A DNA stretch of 32,000 bases. It comes from Opitutales bacterium. Its GTDB lineage: Bacteria > Verrucomicrobiota > Verrucomicrobiia > Opitutales > PNEW01. Of this stretch, positions 28,951-32,000 are shown piece after piece. The notes beneath the pieces were generated by a model. The model was not told the DNA's origin. It made no database searches and worked only from the letters and a program-made list of their open reading frames with translations. Numbering within the stretch: the first letter of the stretch is position 1; every line of letters begins with the position of its first letter. Both the position numbers and the translations under genes were made by a program. Where the stretch lies: positions 1,920,001-1,952,000 of the forward strand of contig CBDCNV010000002.1 in assembly GCA_965219535.1 (NCBI GenBank), read 5' to 3'.

Positions 28951-29475
28951 CTAAACTATTGTTCTTTTCTTTTTGAAGAATGCCTGAAGCAGATCACGGC
29001 ACTCCGTTTCAAACACACCTTTTGTAATCGTTAAGCGATGATTAAAGTCGGGCATAGCGTTAATATCAGTAGCGCCTCCAAGGCAGCCCATCTTAATATC
29101 GCTGAGGGCATAGACAACACGCGAAAACCGAGCGATGATTGCTGCACCCGAACACATGGGGCAAGGTTCTTTAGTAACATAGAGGGTGGCTTCGTTCAAT
29201 CGCCAATCCCCGATATGTCTACTCGCTTGCGTAATTGCCAACATTTCCGCGTGGGCTGTGGGATCGCCTGTGATTTCTACCTGATTATAAGCGGATGCAA
29301 TAACCTCAGCTTTATATTCAATTACAGCTCCAACTGGCACTTCATCATGTTTCCACGCTTCGATTGCTTGATTGTAAGCAAGCTTCATATAAAAAATGTC
29401 ATCACGAAGAAGCTGAGATGGATGAACTTTCTGAAACGGTGAAAGTTCTGTTTTATCCTGCTTATTGTTTTTCAT
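28951..29475 (-). CDS. tadA: tRNA-specific adenosine deaminase
   Basis: 174 aa. CMP/dCMP-type zinc deaminase motifs HAEMLAI and PCPMCSGA. Size and context are typical for TadA. Confidence 0.9.
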   Translation of the reverse strand: MKNNKQDKTELSPFQKVHPSQLLRDDIFYMKLAYNQAIEAWKHDEVPVGAVIEYKAEVIASAYNQVEITGDPTAHAEMLAITQASRHIGDWRLNEATLYVTKEPCPMCSGAAIIARFSRVVYALSDIKMGCLGGATDINAMPDFNHRLTITKGVFETECRDLLQAFFKKKRTIV

Positions 29476-29585
29476 TTATCGTTAAAAATAAAATGATTGA
29501 TAAATTCTTAACTTATAGGTTTATTCAAAGACCCAGGAGAGATGTCATAGCTGTGGGAAATAGAACGCAATTTTAAAAATATTAT

Positions 29586-29861
29586 ATGCCAAGCCAAGAA
29601 GTAGTAGAAATTGAGGGTAAAATAGTCGCTGTTTTACCCGGCACAATGTTTCGTGTCGAGTTGGATAATGGCCATCAAGTTCTGGCTCACATATCTGGAA
29701 AATTGCGGAAACATTTTATAAAAATTACGGTGGGTGATACGGTGAAAATGGAGATGAGTCCATACGATTTGGAAAAAGCACGCATCGTGTATCGCCTGCG
29801 TAATGCATCCGCACAGCGAAACAAACCTATTCGCAGTTACGGTCCCCGTCGAAGAAAATAG
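29586..29861 (+). CDS. infA: translation initiation factor IF-1 with a 19-aa basic C-terminal extension
   Basis: 91 aa. Residues 1-72 are a canonical IF-1 S1 fold ([57 protein letters not shown]). They are followed by [19 protein letters not shown]. Confidence 0.93.
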   Translation: MPSQEVVEIEGKIVAVLPGTMFRVELDNGHQVLAHISGKLRKHFIKITVGDTVKMEMSPYDLEKARIVYRLRNASAQRNKPIRSYGPRRRK

Positions 29862-29999
29862 GATTTTCTTTCCCGCGAAATTTACTTTACTGGTATTTAA
29901 ATACCTCATTGACGGCGAGTCATAAAAATCGCGCCTGTGATATCTGGTGGTTGCCAATATATCCGAAGAATTAATGACGCCTTTTGAATTAGCCTAAAG

Positions 30000-30953
30000 C
30001 TAATGACCAAATATAATAAGAGATATTTCTGAAAAATAAGCATCTACATGCTTATCAAAATAGATGAAATAGAGGAGACCGGCTAAGGCGAGCATGGGCC
30101 CAAAAGGAACTTCCCTACCTAAAAGTTCTTCATTTTTATCTTCTTCATTCTCCTCAGATTTTTTTGATACATTTTCAGTATTATCTTCAGGAGCGACACC
30201 CTTCTTTTTTATCCCAATAATAATAGCCATGATTTTATAGACAAAAAAGCCAATAGTTCCAATCACTGCTCCACCAAAAACGGCAAAAATGCCTCCTTGC
30301 CATCCACAGAACGTCCCAATTGCTCCGAGGAATTTTACATCACCAAAGCCCATAGCCTCGCGTCGCAAAACAATTTCTGCGAGCAAACCTATCCATAAAA
30401 CTAATGCCGAACCGATAAACGCACCGACAAGTGCGGTAACTCCAGACTTTAAACTGGCGAGCAAAAAAATACTATCTGGCATAACATGAAGTGAGGGAAT
30501 GGCAAACGCGAGTGCAACACCAGCTACCATTCCTCCGATGGAAAAGGAGTCAGGAATTATCATATGTTCAAAGTCAATAAAGGTCGCGCAAATCAGGATT
30601 GAGCAAAAGATCATTCCGCATAGTGCCTTACCTGGAGAAAAACTGAGCCAGCAGACAAGGAAGAGTGTCGCGGTCAATACTTCCACCAGTGGATAGCGCA
30701 AACTGATTGGTTGTCTCGATATACGGCCTTTACCGCGTAGTAAAATAAAACTGATTATCGGGATGTTATCATACCAGGCTATTGGCTTACCTGAGACAGG
30801 ACAGAAACTCCGTGGCCGAACGACTGATTTACCTAAGGGAATACGGTATATACAAACGTTGAGAAAGCTACCGACCATCGAACCAAAGATAAATGAAAAC
30901 AAAGGAAAAAACCAGGGAAAGTAAATCTGAATTAAATGAATCTGTTCACGCAT
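30000..30953 (-). CDS. type IV prepilin (A24 family) leader peptidase
   Basis: 317 aa. GSFLNVCIYRIP, WYDNIPIISFILLRGK, catalytic Asp contexts FIDFEHMIIPD and GFGDVKFLGAIG, and C-terminal VPFGPMLALAG. Confidence 0.9.
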   Translation of the reverse strand: MREQIHLIQIYFPWFFPLFSFIFGSMVGSFLNVCIYRIPLGKSVVRPRSFCPVSGKPIAWYDNIPIISFILLRGKGRISRQPISLRYPLVEVLTATLFLVCWLSFSPGKALCGMIFCSILICATFIDFEHMIIPDSFSIGGMVAGVALAFAIPSLHVMPDSIFLLASLKSGVTALVGAFIGSALVLWIGLLAEIVLRREAMGFGDVKFLGAIGTFCGWQGGIFAVFGGAVIGTIGFFVYKIMAIIIGIKKKGVAPEDNTENVSKKSEENEEDKNEELLGREVPFGPMLALAGLLYFIYFDKHVDAYFSEISLIIFGH

Positions 30954-30954
30954 A

Positions 30955-32000
30955 TTAATTATTTCTAAATTCTTTATCTAAAACATAAAGATACATCACA
31001 GCCATGACATCTTGATCGGAGGAAGTCGTGTTATTATATACACTGAGAAGTTCATACTCATGATCCTTGTAAAGTGGAATTCCCGACTCGCTTGAATAAT
31101 AGTCAACATAATCGATACCAATAGAATTTTTAAACCCCGTCACGGTGCTTTTAAAAACAGATTTATTCGCTGTGAGATCACGGAGTTCCAGGAATTCTGC
31201 GAAAGGGTGGAGGTGGACAGCGATATAATGCAAGGTGGTATCGAAGGGGAGGTTCATCCAGTTAGTCACGAGTGTCTTATTTGATTGTCTTCCCGGTTTT
31301 AAAACCCAGTGACCGGCAAATTCGCGTCCATATTTATCAGTCCTCACTTTACCTGATGCACTGTGGCCAATGAGGCAGCCTTCGCCATGAAGGCTCTTAT
31401 CTGGAATATCCACATTATAGTAACCATTTTCACCATTAATAAGAACTAAGCCATTTGCTGCTTTCATGAAGAGGGGTTTCATCTCTCTCTCAAGTTCGTG
31501 ATCAAAAAGATAATTAATCATTACTTTGTGTCGAACCTGGTATTCCTGATTTTCAAAATTGAGGTTTAAAACTTGGGTAGTAAGAGTGAATATTTCATTT
31601 GAATAAATCGGGACCCCAAAACCATCGGGAAATTTAATTTCAAATTGCCCCTGGGATAGTGTAAACATTCTATGGGCCGCGGTTTTATTCCATTGGAAAA
31701 GCCTTCTATGTTCCTGAATATCCAGATCCAGATTGCTGTGGCACATGAATTCCTGGGGCATGGGTGTTATACCATCAGCACCTACCATGACCGCACGATA
31801 GCCGGTTATCCAGAGAAGTTCAGGAACATCCTTGTCGAGTATTGAAAATGCAGTCGAGCTTTGAGGACCAGTCATTGATTTATAAAGACGGTCGACCTTA
31901 TATACCGGAGACAAAAATTCATATGACCGTGGTGTCACCGCCAAAAGCAAATAAGGGCACAATGCGGAGAGAGTCACAATGTGAAGTAAATATCTTAACT
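30955..32000 (-). CDS. hypothetical protein, possibly copper type-II monooxygenase (PHM/DBH)-like; 5' end probably outside the window
   Basis: 340 aa from the GTG at 31977, but the frame stays open to the window edge (...LRYLLHI upstream) and looks like a signal or TM segment. HYIAVHLHPF (H-x-H) plus SSDQDVMAVMYLY resemble the CuM-site motifs of peptidylglycine monooxygenase as I recall them. Its stop lies 1 nt before the prepilin peptidase start. Confidence 0.6.
   Translation of the reverse strand, partial: LRYLLHIVTLSALCPYLLLAVTPRSYEFLSPVYKVDRLYKSMTGPQSSTAFSILDKDVPELLWITGYRAVMVGADGITPMPQEFMCHSNLDLDIQEHRRLFQWNKTAAHRMFTLSQGQFEIKFPDGFGVPIYSNEIFTLTTQVLNLNFENQEYQVRHKVMINYLFDHELEREMKPLFMKAANGLVLINGENGYYNVDIPDKSLHGEGCLIGHSASGKVRTDKYGREFAGHWVLKPGRQSNKTLVTNWMNLPFDTTLHYIAVHLHPFAEFLELRDLTANKSVFKSTVTGFKNSIGIDYVDYYSSESGIPLYKDHEYELLSVYNNTTSSDQDVMAVMYLYVLDKEFRNN

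Noticed and set aside
29851-29871. AT-rich hairpin (aagaaaat-agg-attttctt) overlapping the infA stop codon as a terminator.
   Set aside because: The stem is almost entirely A-T and there is no trailing U-tract, so the predicted stability is too low to call an intrinsic terminator.
29892-29905. Perfect 14-bp palindrome ggtatttaaatacc between infA and the prepilin peptidase gene.
   Set aside because: It is AT-rich and short, with no loop, no flanking T-run and no second copy in the window. It could be a protein-binding site, but chance occurrence in AT-rich intergenic DNA is plausible.
1-32000. Looked for CRISPR arrays, rRNA genes, prophage or integrase genes, reverse transcriptases, toxin-antitoxin pairs and known defence-gene signatures.
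   Set aside because: I saw no regularly spaced direct repeats and no such domains in any of the six-frame translations. The only tandem or inverted repeat structure is the 5767-5997 element.

Overview
AT-rich bacterial chromosomal segment, roughly 40% GC by eye. TGA is a normal stop codon here. About two thirds is conserved housekeeping: nusA(3' end)-infB-rbfA-truB-ribF on +, then rnc-mfd-surA-like and an orphan parA on -, tRNA-Cys, ffh-tadA on -, infA on +, and a prepilin peptidase on -. Between tRNA-Cys (12203) and ffh (27529) lies a roughly 15 kb accessory-looking block. It holds an orphan soluble histidine kinase, a 1157-aa internally duplicated four-domain esterase, an MsbA-type ABC exporter, a nucleotidyltransferase-fold protein of unknown function, a decayed IS3-family element of visibly higher GC, two consecutive REC-first hybrid kinases, and a three-gene amine oxidase / PhyH dioxygenase / AstE-AspA deacylase cluster. 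I see no CRISPR array, rRNA, prophage, integrase, reverse transcriptase or recognisable defence operon, and I cannot point to a clear-cut novel multi-gene system. The strongest unexplained signal is a roughly 231-nt near-perfect long hairpin built from GACGAA/CTTCGT hexamer repeats in the convergent gap 5718-6026. Other items worth a second look are active-site substitutions in the duplicated esterase, two in-frame TGA stops in the IS3 transposase inside short insertions atypical for the family, the nucleotidyltransferase-plus-exporter pair, the oxidase/dioxygenase/deacylase cluster, and a possible copper-monooxygenase-like protein coupled to an atypical prepilin peptidase. All family assignments come from motifs read by eye in the supplied translations; no database search was run.
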